Shown: positions 25,994 to 39,900, counted from the stretch's first letter. The stretch is DNA of 64,000 nt from Octopus sinensis (GCF_006345805.1 NC_043001.1:115010001-115074000); one strand, 5' to 3'. Notes: generated by a model from the letters alone, not told the origin. A program made the numbers and translations.

Positions 25994-28747
25994 GACAAAA
26001 ACAAGTAGTAAAAAATAGAAAATGCTAAAATGATTTATAGTAAACATTTCAGTACCGGTTTCGGTCATTTTGAGACCTTTTCAACTGTAACGATTAACTA
26101 ATTAAATTTAGAAAATTAGAAGAAAAGTTTTTTAAAAAAATATTTCTATAGTAAGTGTTCAGATTAAGTGGCATTCTGCGTTTCTCTGACTCCTTGTTTG
26201 CACTTGTGTGTTCGAGTAGTGGTGGTTCTTGGTAGGGGGTAGTAGAGAGAAGGCTGGTGAGGAAAGGGGGGTGGGTGGGAGAATCTGGGAGTGCCCTGAT
26301 GGTCGTATTTTGAATGGTCAGTGGCGGCTGGCAGTCTCAGTTCAATTCAGGATATATTTATATTGACAGGCTTGTTTATAGAATTAGCGTAGGTGTTATA
26401 CTAAAAAACATTAGTGAAAACTTAAGGGGTAGGGGGTGGAGAGAAGAAGAAGAAGAAGGAGAAGGAGAAGGAGAAGATGACGATGATGGTGATGGTGGTG
26501 GATGATTATGACGGCGATGATGATGATAACGATGATGATGAAGAAGAAGAAAGAAGAAGGAGAGAGAAGGAGAGAGAAGATGGTGGTGATGATGGTGGCG
26601 ATGATGATGATGCCGATGATGATGGATAAGATGATGATGAAGAAGAAGAGGAAGAAGAAGAAGAGGGGGAAGAAGAAAGAAGAAAAAACAGAGAAGGGAG
26701 AATAGTAATGGGTGTAAATAAGCTATGAAGGGGGCTGATTAGTAATGGATTCTATGGAGTGTAGTATTTGTGTGTGTATATATAATATATTTTTTTCTTT
26801 TATTCTAAAGTTGAGGTATATTAATTGTTTGTCGTAGACCCGTTAAGAAGTGGCTTGTATGTTGGTAATAAAGAGATTTCTTTATTAGTCGTTGTCTCGA
26901 GGTTGGATCGTCCCTAAATTGGTAGAGGGGGGAAAATTCTGAAGTTTGGGGTTTTTTTTTGTTGGCGCAAGTATCTATGTGTTGGATAAAGAGCTATTTT
27001 TCGGTTTGGGGAATTTATCTGGGATATGTGCAGGGCCATTCGTTACGCAAACCATTTTTTGTTTGGCCTATGTAATGCTCTTGGACAACGGTGGAGCAGG
27101 TAAGTGAGTATTATTAGGTTCTCCGAAGCACATGTTGAAGTTGCTTTTCACTGACTAAAAACGTTTGTCCCTGCTTGAAGGAAAACTCAGAACCCTCGAT
27201 TAGATAGTCGCATATCCCGCAATTGGTCTTCCACATTTTTTTACTGTCGGCTTCTGTGTTGAAGAGTGAATTCGGGCTTGTGTAAGGAGACTTTTCATGG
27301 ATCTAGGCTGTCTTTTGCTTTTTATGATCGTGTGTTTTGGAGGATTGTGTTCATTCTGTGGTCTTTTTTAGGAGGGGTATGTTGTGGAGGATGGTGTCGA
27401 ACGCTTCGTTATTGAGAGGGTTGTGTGTGGAGATGTATGGTAAGGCTTTGGTTGTAGTTTTCTTTGATTTGGGATGTCTCAGTTCCTGAGTTAAGTTGAA
27501 GGGCACGTTGTTGAATGCATTTGTCATAGTGAAGGTGGATAGTTCTGGTGATTAGGGTATCTTTTAGTTCTTGTAGTAGTTGGTGCTCTGGTGTTTGCGT
27601 TAGAGACTATAGTGCATATCCTTTTTGCTAGATTGAAGGGGATATTTCCTGGTGTGTCGGGGGTGGCATGAATTGAATGGAAGATATTGCTTAGAGTATG
27701 TAGGCTTATAGTATAGTTCTGTTTCTATTATACTATTAGCTTTCTTAATGAGGATATCGAGGAAGGGGAGTGTTGTGGCTATATCCATCGTGAATGGATG
27801 TTTACGTCCAGTCCGTTTTTAAAATTTTCGGGAATTCTATGAGTTTTTCTATATTTTATGCCAAAGGATGAAACAGTCATCTAGATACTCTTCCAGTTGT
27901 TTTCTATGTAGATGGAGAAAGGGCTGCCCATATCTTTCTAGAACCTTACGATACAGACTGATCTCTAGGTTATCCTATGACTAGGTTGGCAAGGAGGGGG
28001 CCATTCGTGTACCCCATCGCAGTCCCCGATTTTTGTCGGTAGAAGTTGTCATTGAAGGCGAAGAAGTTATTTTCCAGGATGAATTTAAACCCCTTCTATC
28101 ACAAATTCTTTTGATGCGGTGTGGTAGTTCGTTGGCGTGATTCTCTAGCCAGAATTGGATTGCCTTAGTTACTAGGTTGTGGGGATATTGGAGAGAGGTT
28201 GACTACATCGAAGGATACCAGTATGGTGTTTTGTTGTTTATAGTATTCGGTAGGTGATGGCATATCTAAGTCGTACCTTATATAGCTTTTGACATGTTTG
28301 AGGAGTGGTTTTTAACAGGGTGTCTAAAAAGTTACTGAGGCGGGGGGTTTCGCATGCGGGACTGCTATTATGGGTCTCAATTGAGGTCATTAGGATTAGG
28401 GGACTTTAATTATTTTGTCTGTAGCTATCTGCATGCGTTGCTTATTTTTTCACTTTTGTGGATCTTAGGTATACCGTAGAATTGGCTAGTTTTACTGTGA
28501 AATGGTCATATAATCATATTCTTTGTCGGTTAGCCTTGCTTTGTATGGGTTTAAATATGGATTTAGTTCCCTCATTATTTTTGTTGGATGTAGTTTTGTG
28601 TATTTTCATAGATGTTGTTGTCTTCAGCATAGAAAAGTACCAAATTATGTAAAAATGCGTAATCCATTTAAGACAACAGCAACTCCCTTTATCGGCCTCT
28701 TTGATTGTTATTGTTTTATTCTAGTTTTAATTTGTTCAACTCAGCCC
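25994..28747 (-). mobile_element. Penelope-like retroelement, copy 2 (same family as 5341-7792, many indels)
   Basis: Colinear with copy 1 from the 3' end through RT. It extends ~270 bp further 5', to the motif IKEADKG. Reading frames are broken by 1-nt indels. Confidence 0.9.
26047..26090 (-). ncRNA. Minimal type I hammerhead ribozyme, U3-A8 variant (identical to 5389-5432)
   Basis: 44-nt sequence identical to the copy 1 motif. Confidence 0.75.
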
Positions 28748-29295
28748 ATATATATAATACACATATATACATATACACATATATATGTATATATACCACG
28801 TGTATGTAGATACATAATCGCATTATTCATTTAATGCCTCTCTAAATTCTAGACACAAATATGGTAGATTAAAACTAGCAGTTACTTCTCTGTTTCTACT
28901 TATTTACCCAGATATTAAAAACCGATGCAAAGTGTCTTAAAGCAGAGAAATATCCTGCTTTGCAAAATGTCTTACAATATAATTAATCACATCAATTATG
29001 GCACAGAAAAAAAAAATTAATCACAACGGGGGCGGGAGGTTGTATGAAGAAGACATAGCGTATAATAAACTGTATAATTATTCGTAAGTGGGTTTTTGTG
29101 TATCGGTGCGTGTATGTGCGTGTGTGTGTGTGAGCGTGCGTGCGAGCGAGTTCAAGTGTGTCGCTGCATCTATCTCTATGTCGTGTATATATGTGTGTGT
29201 ATTTAAAATATATAAATTAATATGCATATACAAAACTATATCAATAGATACATACTATAAATATATATATTATATATAGATATATTTATCTCTAG

Positions 29296-29345
<50 letters not shown>

Positions 29346-29502
29346 ATATATGTTATTATATATAATATATATAATATATATATAATATATCTATATATTA
29401 TATAAATAATTATATATATATATATAATATATATCTATATTATAGATATATATAATTGCCATAATTATATGCATATATATATTATAGATATATTTATATA
29501 TA

Positions 29503-29553
<51 letters not shown>

Positions 29554-29778
29554 TATATATATATATATATTATGCATACATATATATAGATATAGATATA
29601 CACACACCACACATATATATATATATGTCTGTGTGCGTATTATATACACACACGTATGATTGGTGCGTTTTTAAGCATATATGAACTAGTTTACGCATGT
29701 ATATTGCCTGTGTGTATGTATGCATGTCTATATGTGTGTGTGCATGTGTGTGCACGCTGGTGAGTTGATTGTGTGTAC

Positions 29779-29829
<51 letters not shown>

Positions 29830-30120
29830 TAAAGGCAAAAGAAAGCTGAAAACGTCTTCTAACATCCTCCTATTCGATTCCTTTGTTCTTTTCAGCCAAC
29901 AACGTTTGCTTTGTAATCTTTTGCTCTGTGCTATCAAATTATTATTATGTAATCATATTATACGCTGTTTAATGCGTCATGTTATGGAGCAAAGCAAGCG
30001 TGAAAAGACGGCATTTTTGCTGTTTATTTTATAGATGTTAACCTCAACGTACCACTACTAACACCCTATCTCTTTCCACCACCTTTGAAAATCTGTGTTT
30101 GTCTATACACACACATACAC

Positions 30121-30151
<31 letters not shown>

Positions 30152-30276
30152 TGTGCATATTTTTATATACGTATGTATATGTACTTATATATGAGTGTTT
30201 ATATATATGTATAGATCTATATATATATATATTTATATGCAGATGTCATAATATATATATATATTAATAATATAGG

Positions 30277-30307
<31 letters not shown>

Positions 30308-30981
30308 ATATATATATTATACATATATAATACATTTATATATATATATATATATATAATATATTATATATATATATGTAATATATAACATATATATATA
30401 TATATCATATATATATATATATATTATATATATATATATACATATATATACATAACTATATACATATATGTATTCCTATATGTCTCAATTACGATATAAT
30501 GTCTCGTTTTCATGTTTTTTCCTTATTTTTACTATCTTCTTTGAAGTCGGAATATCAGACTGTAGCATTCCATGGTGTTATCTACGACCGCATGTATACA
30601 CAAGCATCCACTTCATACCACCATTTGTATTCAAAAGCGTCCCCACCACCATCAGAACACTAAGAAGCACCAACAACAAGAACCAAGAATCTTTCTGCAA
30701 ACTCCTCTGCTCACTGCTCTTACGGTCACTAACTTGACTACTTCCGACATGTCTGCTAATTACGAAAATTGTTAAAAAGACACAAGCAATAAGAAAAGAA
30801 CTATACTGCAATACTGTACATACAAACTATACTGTACACACACATATACTCTCACATTCACATATACATCACGCACGCACTGACATATACGGAAACACAC
30901 GCGTGCACACATACATATATGTATACATTTATGTATGCATGTATATATGTATGTATGTATGTTATGTATATATATATATAT

Positions 30982-31040
<59 letters not shown>

Positions 31041-31186
31041 ATATATATAACATATATATATATATATATTCACACACACGCACACATGTGTGTATATATA
31101 TATAAAACAAAGCGAAGTTTTAAGATACCGCACGAGTGAAAATATATATGAAAGAAGGTTTGAAAATGCAATTTTAAAGATGTTTA

Positions 31187-31234
31187 TTCACTTGACCGGT
31201 TTCACTGTTTTAGAAAAAGTTTGTCAAAAGTAAA
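31187..31234 (-). ncRNA. Minimal type I hammerhead ribozyme, U3-A8 variant
   Basis: UUUACUU-UUGACAA-ACU(UUUUCUAAAAC)AGU-GAAA-CCGG-UC/AAGUGAA. Stem I has 7 bp (1 GU), loop III is CCGG, and the cleavage triplet is GUC. Confidence 0.78.
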
Positions 31235-31727
31235 ATGTAAAGCTTTGTATAAGCTTTGTTGTGTTAAGTTCTGGTTCTCACAAAAGTATTAAAATACTTA
31301 TATACATTCTTTGACAATAATAAGAAAATATTAAAAATAGTTTACATGGAAATATCTGAGAAAATATTAAACGAAATGTATTAGAAGTTCAATAAAAATT
31401 ATATTTATTTGGAAGTATCTGTAGCTAAGTGTGTAGCTAAATGTTGTTTGCTATTTTAAGGCACAGTGTGGGAGTTTGGTAGGGGTAGAGGGAAGAAAGA
31501 GCACACACATACTCACACAATTCTGACCTCTAACACCAGTCTCAAAAACCACTGAACCATGGCAGACTAGCCCTGAAACAAAAAATCCTTTTAATTCAAC
31601 TCGCTCTTCCTTCCCCCTACCCTAACCAACCTCCCACAAACAAGCCTTAGCTTCACATAAAAGTAAAAAATGCTAAGAAAACAGGTTTGTTCATCTCAAA
31701 TTCTTTGTAAACTCTTAAATATATCCC

Positions 31728-31761
<34 letters not shown>

Positions 31762-32002
31762 TACCAAACAAACATGATTTTTATTGAACTCTTAATACTT
31801 TTTGTGTGTATGTATATAGTTACTTCCAAACAAACATGATTTTTATTGAACACCAAATACTTTTGTTTAATATTTTCTGAAACATCTCCTTGTAAACTAT
31901 TTTTAACATTTTCTTATTATTATCAAAGAATGTATATAAATATTTTAATAATTTTCTGACAACCAATACTTAACACAACAAAGCTTATACATATTTTTAC
32001 AT

Positions 32003-32050
32003 TTTACTTTTGACAATCTTTTTCTAAAAAAAGGGAACTGGTCAAGTGAA
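32003..32050 (+). ncRNA. Degenerate hammerhead (mirror copy of 31187-31234)
   Basis: TTTACTT-TTGACAA-...-GGAA-CTGG-TC-AAGTGAA. GAAA is changed to GGAA and CCGG to CTGG, so it is probably inactive. Confidence 0.55.
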
Positions 32051-32083
32051 TAAACATCTTTAAAATTGCATTTTCAAACCTTC

Positions 32084-32124
<41 letters not shown>

Positions 32125-32470
32125 AACACTTACACATGTGTGTATACATATATTATAATAATGGTATTATAAATGTGATGCAAATACATGGGATAACATT
32201 CACCGAAGAAAAAGGATAATTAAATAGACTGTTAGAATTTAAATACATTATTTGAGGAAACTGTATCTTATGACTGCAACGTCGAAGTGTTGCTAGCAGC
32301 AGCTCACCACAGATAGTCTCTCTTCATGCACAGATACACTCAGACGCATACGCAAATGCATTCATACACACACACACACAGGCGCGCAAATACACACACA
32401 TATACAAGTACACACACAAATATATACATACATACGCATATAACTACACACTCACACACACACACACACA

Positions 32471-32552
<82 letters not shown>

Positions 32553-33576
32553 TGTAAATGAAGGGTGTTGTAAAGAATGAATGCGACAAGGAGAAAAACC
32601 AGCAGGCGGAAATTCAACAAAAACACAGCATATGGAAAACTAAACGAGAAGATAACACACGGGAAACTAGACAAAAATGAGACACACGGCCCAGTCGCAC
32701 CCGGTTTCCTCATCAGCCAATATCCGGAATGTCCTAGCAGTTTAGTGCTTTTTAACATTGAGACCGCTCGATTCCAGCAAGCGTCAGAGTATTAAGTTTC
32801 TGGGAAAAGCAAATGAATGCACACAAGAACATAAATAACAGTAAGAAAGCCAAAAAAATACCTATACAATACAAAGTGATGAAATAATAATACAATGATA
32901 ATGCAAGTGCAACAGAAAAATAATTATACATATACAAAAAAAAAACGCCTTTTGGCTATACAATAAATGGACAATAATTGTACATTTACAACATAAATAA
33001 CTAACATCTTTGGACTATCAGATGTACGTAGTAGGATGGCGCAAAGGAGAAATGGAAAGTCTTCCAGACTGCGCAGAGAGAACAGGCGAACGTTACCCGC
33101 CTCGACAGCGAGTGAAAGAGAGAGAGAGATCAGGAGTGAAAAACAGAGCAACCTGAACTGCTGCTCGCCGAAAAAGAAAGGCAATGCCCTGGCTAGATAC
33201 CAGTCACGTGGTCAGAGAGGGAAGGAGTTGTAGAGGGAAGAGGTAGTAAAGAATAAGAGGGAGGGGTGTAAAGAGGGTCTACGGAATAAATGGAAGGGAA
33301 AATAAATCAGAGAGACTAAAGAACGAGAGGGAGGGATTAAGAGAGAGGAAAAGAAATCAGAGGGGCTGAAGAATTCGAGAGGGAGGGAAAGAGAGAGAGA
33401 AACACACACAGAGCGTGACAAAAGGAAGGTACAAGAGAAATAAGAGAGGAAGAAAAGACGGATTAAAGAACAAGAGGGAGTAAGGAATAAGAAAGAGGGA
33501 AAGGAAGTGAGAAAGACTGAAGAATAGGAGGGAGGGGAAGTAAGAGGCACACAGAGAGAGATACTGTATGTGTGGA

Positions 33577-33953
33577 AGCACTCCGTCGGTTATGACGACG
33601 AGGGTTCCGGTTGATCCGATCAACGGAACAGCCTGCTCGTGAAATTAACGTGTAAGTGGCTGAGCACTCCGCAGACACGTGTACCCTTAACGTTGTTCTC
33701 GGGGATATTCAGCGTGACACAGAGAGTGACAGGCGGTCCTTTGAATACAGGTACAACAGAAACAGGAGTAAGAGTGAGAGAAAGTTGTGGTGAAAGAGTA
33801 CAGCATGGATCACCACCATCCCCTGCCGGAGCCTCGTGGAGCTTTAGGTGTTTTCGCTCAATAAACACTCACAACGCCCGGTCTGGGAATCGAAACCGCG
33901 ATCCTATGACCGCGAGTCCGCTGCCCTAACCACTGCGTCATTGCGCCTCCACT
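33577..33953 (-). mobile_element. tRNA-derived SINE (head type 2, tail X)
   Basis: Head GGAGGCGCAATGACGCAGTGGTTAGGG..GGTTTCGATTCCC (A and B boxes); shares a ~180-bp tail with 20983-21170. Confidence 0.88.
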
Positions 33954-35159
33954 GTAATTATAATCAGTCTGGAAACAGGGTCATATTGATATGGAAAGGT
34001 TATTATTGCAGTTTTTCTGATCACATTCGATTCAACGTATATATACATATACATACATTTATGTGTGTGTGAGTGTATATGTATGCATGTGTGTGTGTGT
34101 ATGAATGCATGCATGTATGTATGTATGTATGTATAAAAAGGAAGAGTGTGGGTGTTTTAGTCTTTGAAATGAACATTTAAGCGGGAAATTTTTTAACCAG
34201 AGTACTGCAAGACTTAATAGTTCTCATAAAACTCACAATAATTAGGATGATTTAACTAAAGAACATTTTAGAAAAGAAATTATTCAAATATCCATTTTAA
34301 GAATATGCCTCGTATATATAAGCCCTAATATTAACAACTAGCCAAAGACATAAAATGAAACGAAGCACTTCAGTCGTAGATGCTGGTGTTTGATGATGCA
34401 AAATTTGTTGTCGTTATATTGTGGACATCTCAGGTAAAGCTGGTGGTTCTTGTGACCATTCTTGGTCAGGGCAGTCACGAAAAAACCACTGGAATAAACA
34501 AATACATTCAAGATTGTTAATGAAAGACAGAAATATGGCTGACGTTGTCATTTTGAGCGACGTTCAATACGAATACTGCATTTAGATTGCTGTTGCTACC
34601 ATAAAACGTCGGCCCAAGCAATATGGATATAGGCGACAGGTTTTACTTAAAATAAAACGCATTTCTCCGGAAAAGTGATGTACTAACTTTCAACTTAGGT
34701 ATATAAGAATTTGATATCGTCTGGCTGAACAAAATTCATTTTGTTAGATGGCTACAAGTTTTAGTTTTTTCTGCTTTAGCGATCGAGAATAGGTTCAACA
34801 TTTTACAGAAGTCGTTGCCTAAACTATTTATTTCCAACATTTAACTTTTGCGATAATAATATCAAGGCCTAAGTTTGCTTGTCCGATTCTTTAGACTGTA
34901 GGCTTTTTGAACAGTGCAACCAGTATGGAGATCTTGAAGAAATCTACATCTGTTGCTAAAGAATAATCAAGGAAGTCATAAAAACAGAACCGATATCGAC
35001 TGCAAACTCCTCAGATTTAAATATATGGAAGGGAATCAACGTGAGTATTGAACAAAACATTTATAGAAAATTCTATAAAATGTATTGATATGCAGCCACC
35101 CCACCAAAAATGTGAATAAATTCCAAATAATATCATTTTCAAATTCTTAGATCCAATGC

Positions 35160-35510
35160 CGCAGTTCAAATTCTGCTGAAGACTTCTTTGCCTTTTATGC
35201 TTTCAGGGGTGTAAAATAAGTACCAGTTGGGTGCTGTAATCGACTCACATCCTTCCATCAAATTCCAAGCCTTGTTTCTATAGTAGAAAGGATTATCAAT
35301 AATTTCAGTAAAGGCGGTGACCTGGCAGAACCGTTGACACGCCGGGCAAACGCTTAATGGCGTTTAGTCCTTCTTTACTTTCTGAGCTCAAATTCTGCTG
35401 AGGTCGATTCTACATTTCAACATTTCGGGGTTAATAAATTAATATCGGTTGAACACTGAAGTAGATGTAATCGTCTAAATTGCCGGCCTTGTGCCAAAAT
35501 TTGAAATCCT
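35160..35510 (+). mobile_element. Two adjacent degenerate SINE family A copies
   Basis: A body at 35160-35296 and a head plus body at 35310-35510. Confidence 0.7.
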
Positions 35511-35607
35511 CATTGATAGTTTTAGTAATTGTAGTAGAGTGATTTATAGTTTTAGTGTTGAAACATACAATGATTTGAGAGTAAAAACTGTCTTTTTTAT
35601 TCCCACA

Positions 35608-36015
35608 CTAGCAGCATAGCCCGGCGTTGCCCGGGTATCTAAGAGCGCCTAGTAGGCAACGACTAATCCCAATCTAGTTCTTTCCCTCTAGGGAATGAAG
35701 GCGCATGTGTAGGTTGCAATGTCTTCTCTTCACTCGAATACTTCTATGTGTACGATGTTCCTAGCTGTTTCCCGACAGAAAATGTGTTGCATATAAAAAG
35801 CTTAGATTCTCGACCCCATGTCGAATTTATCGATTATTTTCAGAACTGGGGGAACCTTTCAAAATTTTTGCTGCGTTAGTTTTGAATTATGACATTGGGC
35901 TATGCGTGTGTCAAGTTTCATCAGAATCGGTTGAAAGCCGTGGTCAGGGTGAGGGTACAACCTGACTGCCACACAGACACACAGACAGACAAACTGCCGT
36001 TTATATATATAGAGA
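35608..36015 (-). mobile_element. Non-autonomous Helitron (408 bp)
   Basis: 5' A|TCTCTATATATATAAA, 3' hairpin CCCGGGCAACGCCGGG followed by CTAG|T, inserted in an AT target. Confidence 0.85.
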
Positions 36016-36299
36016 TATTTTGAAAAGTGTCGGTAATTAAAGAAGAACAGCTAGAAAGTTTAGTTATTAGCGACATCATCTCTCTGACGACGAGTATTCC
36101 AGCTGTTTGATTAAACTATTTTAACGTAATTTTCAGGCATAATTTTGCTTGCTTGTTTTGTATTTACTATGTCCGACAGGCATTCGGAAAATTTCACTAT
36201 ATCTAGTTTACCTCGGAACGACGGGGTAGGCCGAACGTTACGCGAGAGGATATTTGCCTAAGAGACCACATATAGGGATCGAACATTGAGCTTATGATT

Positions 36300-36675
36300 A
36301 CTCTTTTACTCTTTTACTTGTTTCAGTCATTTGACTGTGACCATGCTGGAGCACCGCCTTTAGTCGAGCAAATCGACCCCGGGACTTATTCTTTGTAAGC
36401 CTACTACTTATTCTATCGGTATCTTTTGCCGAACCTCTAAGTAACGGGGACATAAACACACCAGCATCGGTTGTCAAGCAATGTTGTTGGGGGACAAACA
36501 CAAACACACAAACACACACAGACGGGTTTCTTTCAGTTTCCGTCTACCAAATCCACTCACAAGGCTTTAGTCGGCCCGAGGCTATAGCGGAAGACACTTG
36601 TCCGAGGTGCCAGGCAGTGGGACTGAACCCGGAACCATGTGGCTGGTAAGCAAGCTACTTACCACACAGCCACTC
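36300..36675 (-). mobile_element. SINE family B, full length
   Basis: Complete head (GAGTGGCTGTGTGGTAAGTAGCTTGC..GGGTTCAGTCCCACTGCC) through tail (AGTAAAAGAGT). Confidence 0.9.
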
Positions 36676-36902
36676 AACACTAGGTTATGTCTGTGTCAAT
36701 ATAGAATCATATACGAGCAATGAACAACACATGCGTGCGTGTATATGTGTATGCGTTTGTGTATGTTTGTATGTAAACATACATATATCTGTGTGTGTGT
36801 ATACGCGCACAGGTATATATATATATATATATATCTGTGAATGAGCCTATATATTTATATGCATATATGTGTGTATATCAGTGTGTGTGTGTGTGTGTGT
36901 AT

Positions 36903-36935
<33 letters not shown>

Positions 36936-37287
36936 GTGTGTGTGTGTGTGTGTGTGTGTGTTGTGTTTGTACACCAATCATCAATCATCAACGAAACCAT
37001 AAAAGCTCCAGACAAATGTCTGCAGTAGAAAGTCCTTGGACTATATCTATGCTCGCCTCTAAGTCATTATGTTTTGGCAGCTGGATAAGGAAACAAACAG
37101 ATTGTAGCTCCACCGTTTATCTAATCTCCAAATTAAAGCAAGCACGAGATTAACGAGACTCAATTGAGTTTACTAAAGTAATATGTTTGAAATTAAACAC
37201 ATGTATATATCAATACGCTTAGGCACGCAAGATGGGAGATTTTACGGCTCACAATACGAGGAAACATATATATATATACATAGATAC

Positions 37288-37330
<43 letters not shown>

Positions 37331-37334
37331 TAGC

Positions 37335-37508
37335 TCTCTTTACTCTCTCTTTTACTTGTTTCAGTAATTTGACTGCGGCCATGCTGGAGCACCGCCTTTA
37401 GTCGAGCAAATCGACCCCGGGACTCATACTTTTGTAAGCCCAGTACTTATTCTATCGGTCTCTTTTGCCGAACCGCTAAGTGACGGGGATGTAAACACAC
37501 CAGCATCG
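37335..37508 (-). mobile_element. SINE family B 3' fragment
   Basis: Matches the tail of 36300-36470. Confidence 0.85.
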
Positions 37509-37707
37509 GGATCTAATGCGCTTGGCTTAGATTTCCCTTGGGGGCTGCCCAGATCGGAGCAATCTCAAGATTAATCAGCCGAAATTGCGAAGATGATCTG
37601 GTTCTTGACTGATGACTGAGGGCTTCGAATGTCCCGTCCTGTGGTTCTTGTGTCCTCTCCTTGGTGTTTCAAGTTCTTGTCCCAGTTTGTATTTATTTTT
37701 TACTGTT

Positions 37708-37778
<71 letters not shown>

Positions 37779-37779
<1 letters not shown>

Positions 37780-39012
37780 TTGGTTGTCCGGAAAGTTCGT
37801 GCCGATTTACAGTAGCTTACCGTAGCTTATCTTTCGACTTATTTTAGAACATAGTTGAGTCAATGAAATAAGATTTGACTACACCTCCATTTCGAGCACA
37901 GTTGAAGCTATCTTTTTGTGGAAGAAGGCTTATGTTCCTATAACCTGTGTTAATTTTGTAACCCTTTAAAATGGAACATAAAAAAGTTCATTCTTCACAC
38001 TTGATGCTTTTCCTTTTCGGTAAAGGAAAAAATGCCTCACAAGCAACCAAAGAAATATGCGCAGTTTACGGTGATGTTTCTTTATCCGAAAGAGATGTAC
38101 GGAAGTGATTCGCAGGGTTCCGAGTTGGAGATGGTTCCCTTATTGATAAAGAGCGATCAGACAGACCATCCACTACGGATGATGACCAAATCAAGTCATT
38201 AATTGAGAATAACCCACATTGCTCAACCTGAGAATTGGCAGAAAGTCTCAACCTATCAAAATCCGTCGTTCATGAGCACCTGGTAAAACTTGGGTACACA
38301 AATCGCTACGTTGTTTAGGTACCACATGAGTTGAGTGAGAAGAACCTTTTGGATCGCAGTTCCATCTGTGATTCGCTTTATAAACGGAATGAAAACGCGC
38401 CTTTTTTAAAACAAATTGTGACAGGTGATGAGAAATGGATTATCTACCAAAATGTTCAGAGAAATCGATCCTGGAGCAAGCTAAATGAGCCACCCTTGGC
38501 CACCTCAAAAGCGGGTCTTCACCCTAAAAAAGTCTTGCTTTGTGTTTGGTGGGATTGGAAAGGAATTCTGTACTATGAGCTTCTCCCAAGTAACCAGACA
38601 ATTATTTCTGAGAAATACTGCGCACAAGCAGCAATTCAAGAGAAACGACCACAATTGGCCAACAGGAAGGATGTTGTTTTCCAACATGATAATCCAAGAC
38701 CGCACGTTTCTTTGGGAACCAAACAAAAATTGTTGCAGCTCGGCTGGGATGTGTAACCCCACTCTCCATATTTACCAGATATTGCTCCTTTGGATTTCCA
38801 CTTATTCAGGTCTCGGCAGAATAGACTTAATGGTAAACATTTCAATTCCTTGGATGAGGTAAAAAGATACCTTGATGAATTCTTTACCATGAGAGCATCT
38901 CAATTCTGGGAAGAGGGTATATTCAAGTTAAAGGAAAGATGGAGACGCATTGTGCAACAAAATGGTTCATATTTGGTTGATTAAAAATTGGCACGAACTT
39001 TCCGGCCAACCA

Positions 39013-39013
<1 letters not shown>
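37779..39013 (+). mobile_element. Full-length mariner (DD34D), decayed transposase
   Basis: TIRs TTGGTTGTCCGGAAAGTTCGTGCC / GGCACGAACTTTCCGGCCAACCAA, TA-flanked. The ORF runs from ~37972 (GKNASQATKEICAVYGD) through VTGDEKWI, QHDNPRPH and PDIAPLDFHLF, with stops and frameshifts. Confidence 0.95.
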
Positions 39014-39100
<87 letters not shown>

Positions 39101-39127
39101 ATATATAGATATATATATATATATAAG

Positions 39128-39169
<42 letters not shown>

Positions 39170-39454
39170 TAGATAGATATAGATAGATAGATTATAATGC
39201 AAGTTATTGATAAATGCCTTGAGTGATACGAATCACGTGGGATTCCGTGATCTAAGTAATCCCAACGTATTTAATCCAAAGGGTAAATATATATATATAT
39301 ATATACAGCATTTTGCACTTAAATCACGTTTCTGTTGCATAGACATGCATTTGGATCCAGTTTCGTTCATCTGGTTAATTGTCTATGCAACTTTATTCAA
39401 AGTTCAACCTTAGGTGAATTACAAATTAAAGAGTTTCAGAGACATATGTGTAAC

Positions 39455-39900
39455 GATTACGGGTCACTAAATCATATATTATTTAGAGATAGGAGACCAA
39501 AGGAAGGAGTGCAAGACTTCTGATCTTTGGCAGGAAATTCTCGATAGTTCTTCCGTTAGGATCTTCTTCATTTAGATTGTGGACTAATATTGGATTGTAA
39601 CATTTCGAATAATCTCGCTTCAAAATGCGGTGGGTGCTTGATTTTGGGGATTTCTATCACTCGAGCAATTTCTCGTACAGTTTTCTGTGGAGATCGGTGG
39701 AGCGTTTCTAGCAATCGTCTATCGTTTTCAGGACTGGTTGATGACCATGGTCTTCCTGAACATTCCTTATATACGCCATGCACATTTTCATCTGACTCAA
39801 ACTTATGTCGGATGTGAGAAATGATGCTTCGCATTCGTGGATATTTGTGAAAATGGCATCTAAAATGTTTTTGCACTTCTGTAATGTTTCCGTGCTGCCG
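39455..39900 (-). mobile_element. Tc1/mariner-superfamily transposase N-terminal remnant
   Basis: HKFESDENVHGVYKECSGRPWS..RSPQKTVREIAR, then RILKRD..LVHNLNEEDP and NNI*FSD. Confidence 0.7.

Larger units (their letters stand above)
31148..32089. repeat. ~950 bp palindrome: ~270-bp inverted arms (31148-31417 / 31821-32089), each carrying a hammerhead
   Basis: The reverse complement of the right arm aligns with the left arm over ~270 bp (roughly 85-90% by eye). There is a further diverged inner inverted pair at 31459-31503 / 31603-31648. Confidence 0.9.

Noticed and set aside
32698-32720. CTGATGA-G-GAAA-CCGG on the minus strand
   Set aside because: No stem II lies between the core segments, and there is no UH triplet or stem I.
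33880-33953. tRNA-like sequences (also 21240-21296, 36600-36675, 41090-41151)
   Set aside because: They have A/B boxes but no complete cloverleaf and run directly into SINE bodies. They are SINE heads, not tRNA genes.
37540-37640. GGCTG..CAGCC-GAAA and a nearby CTGATGA
   Set aside because: The core segments are in the wrong order and spacing; I could not build a hammerhead.
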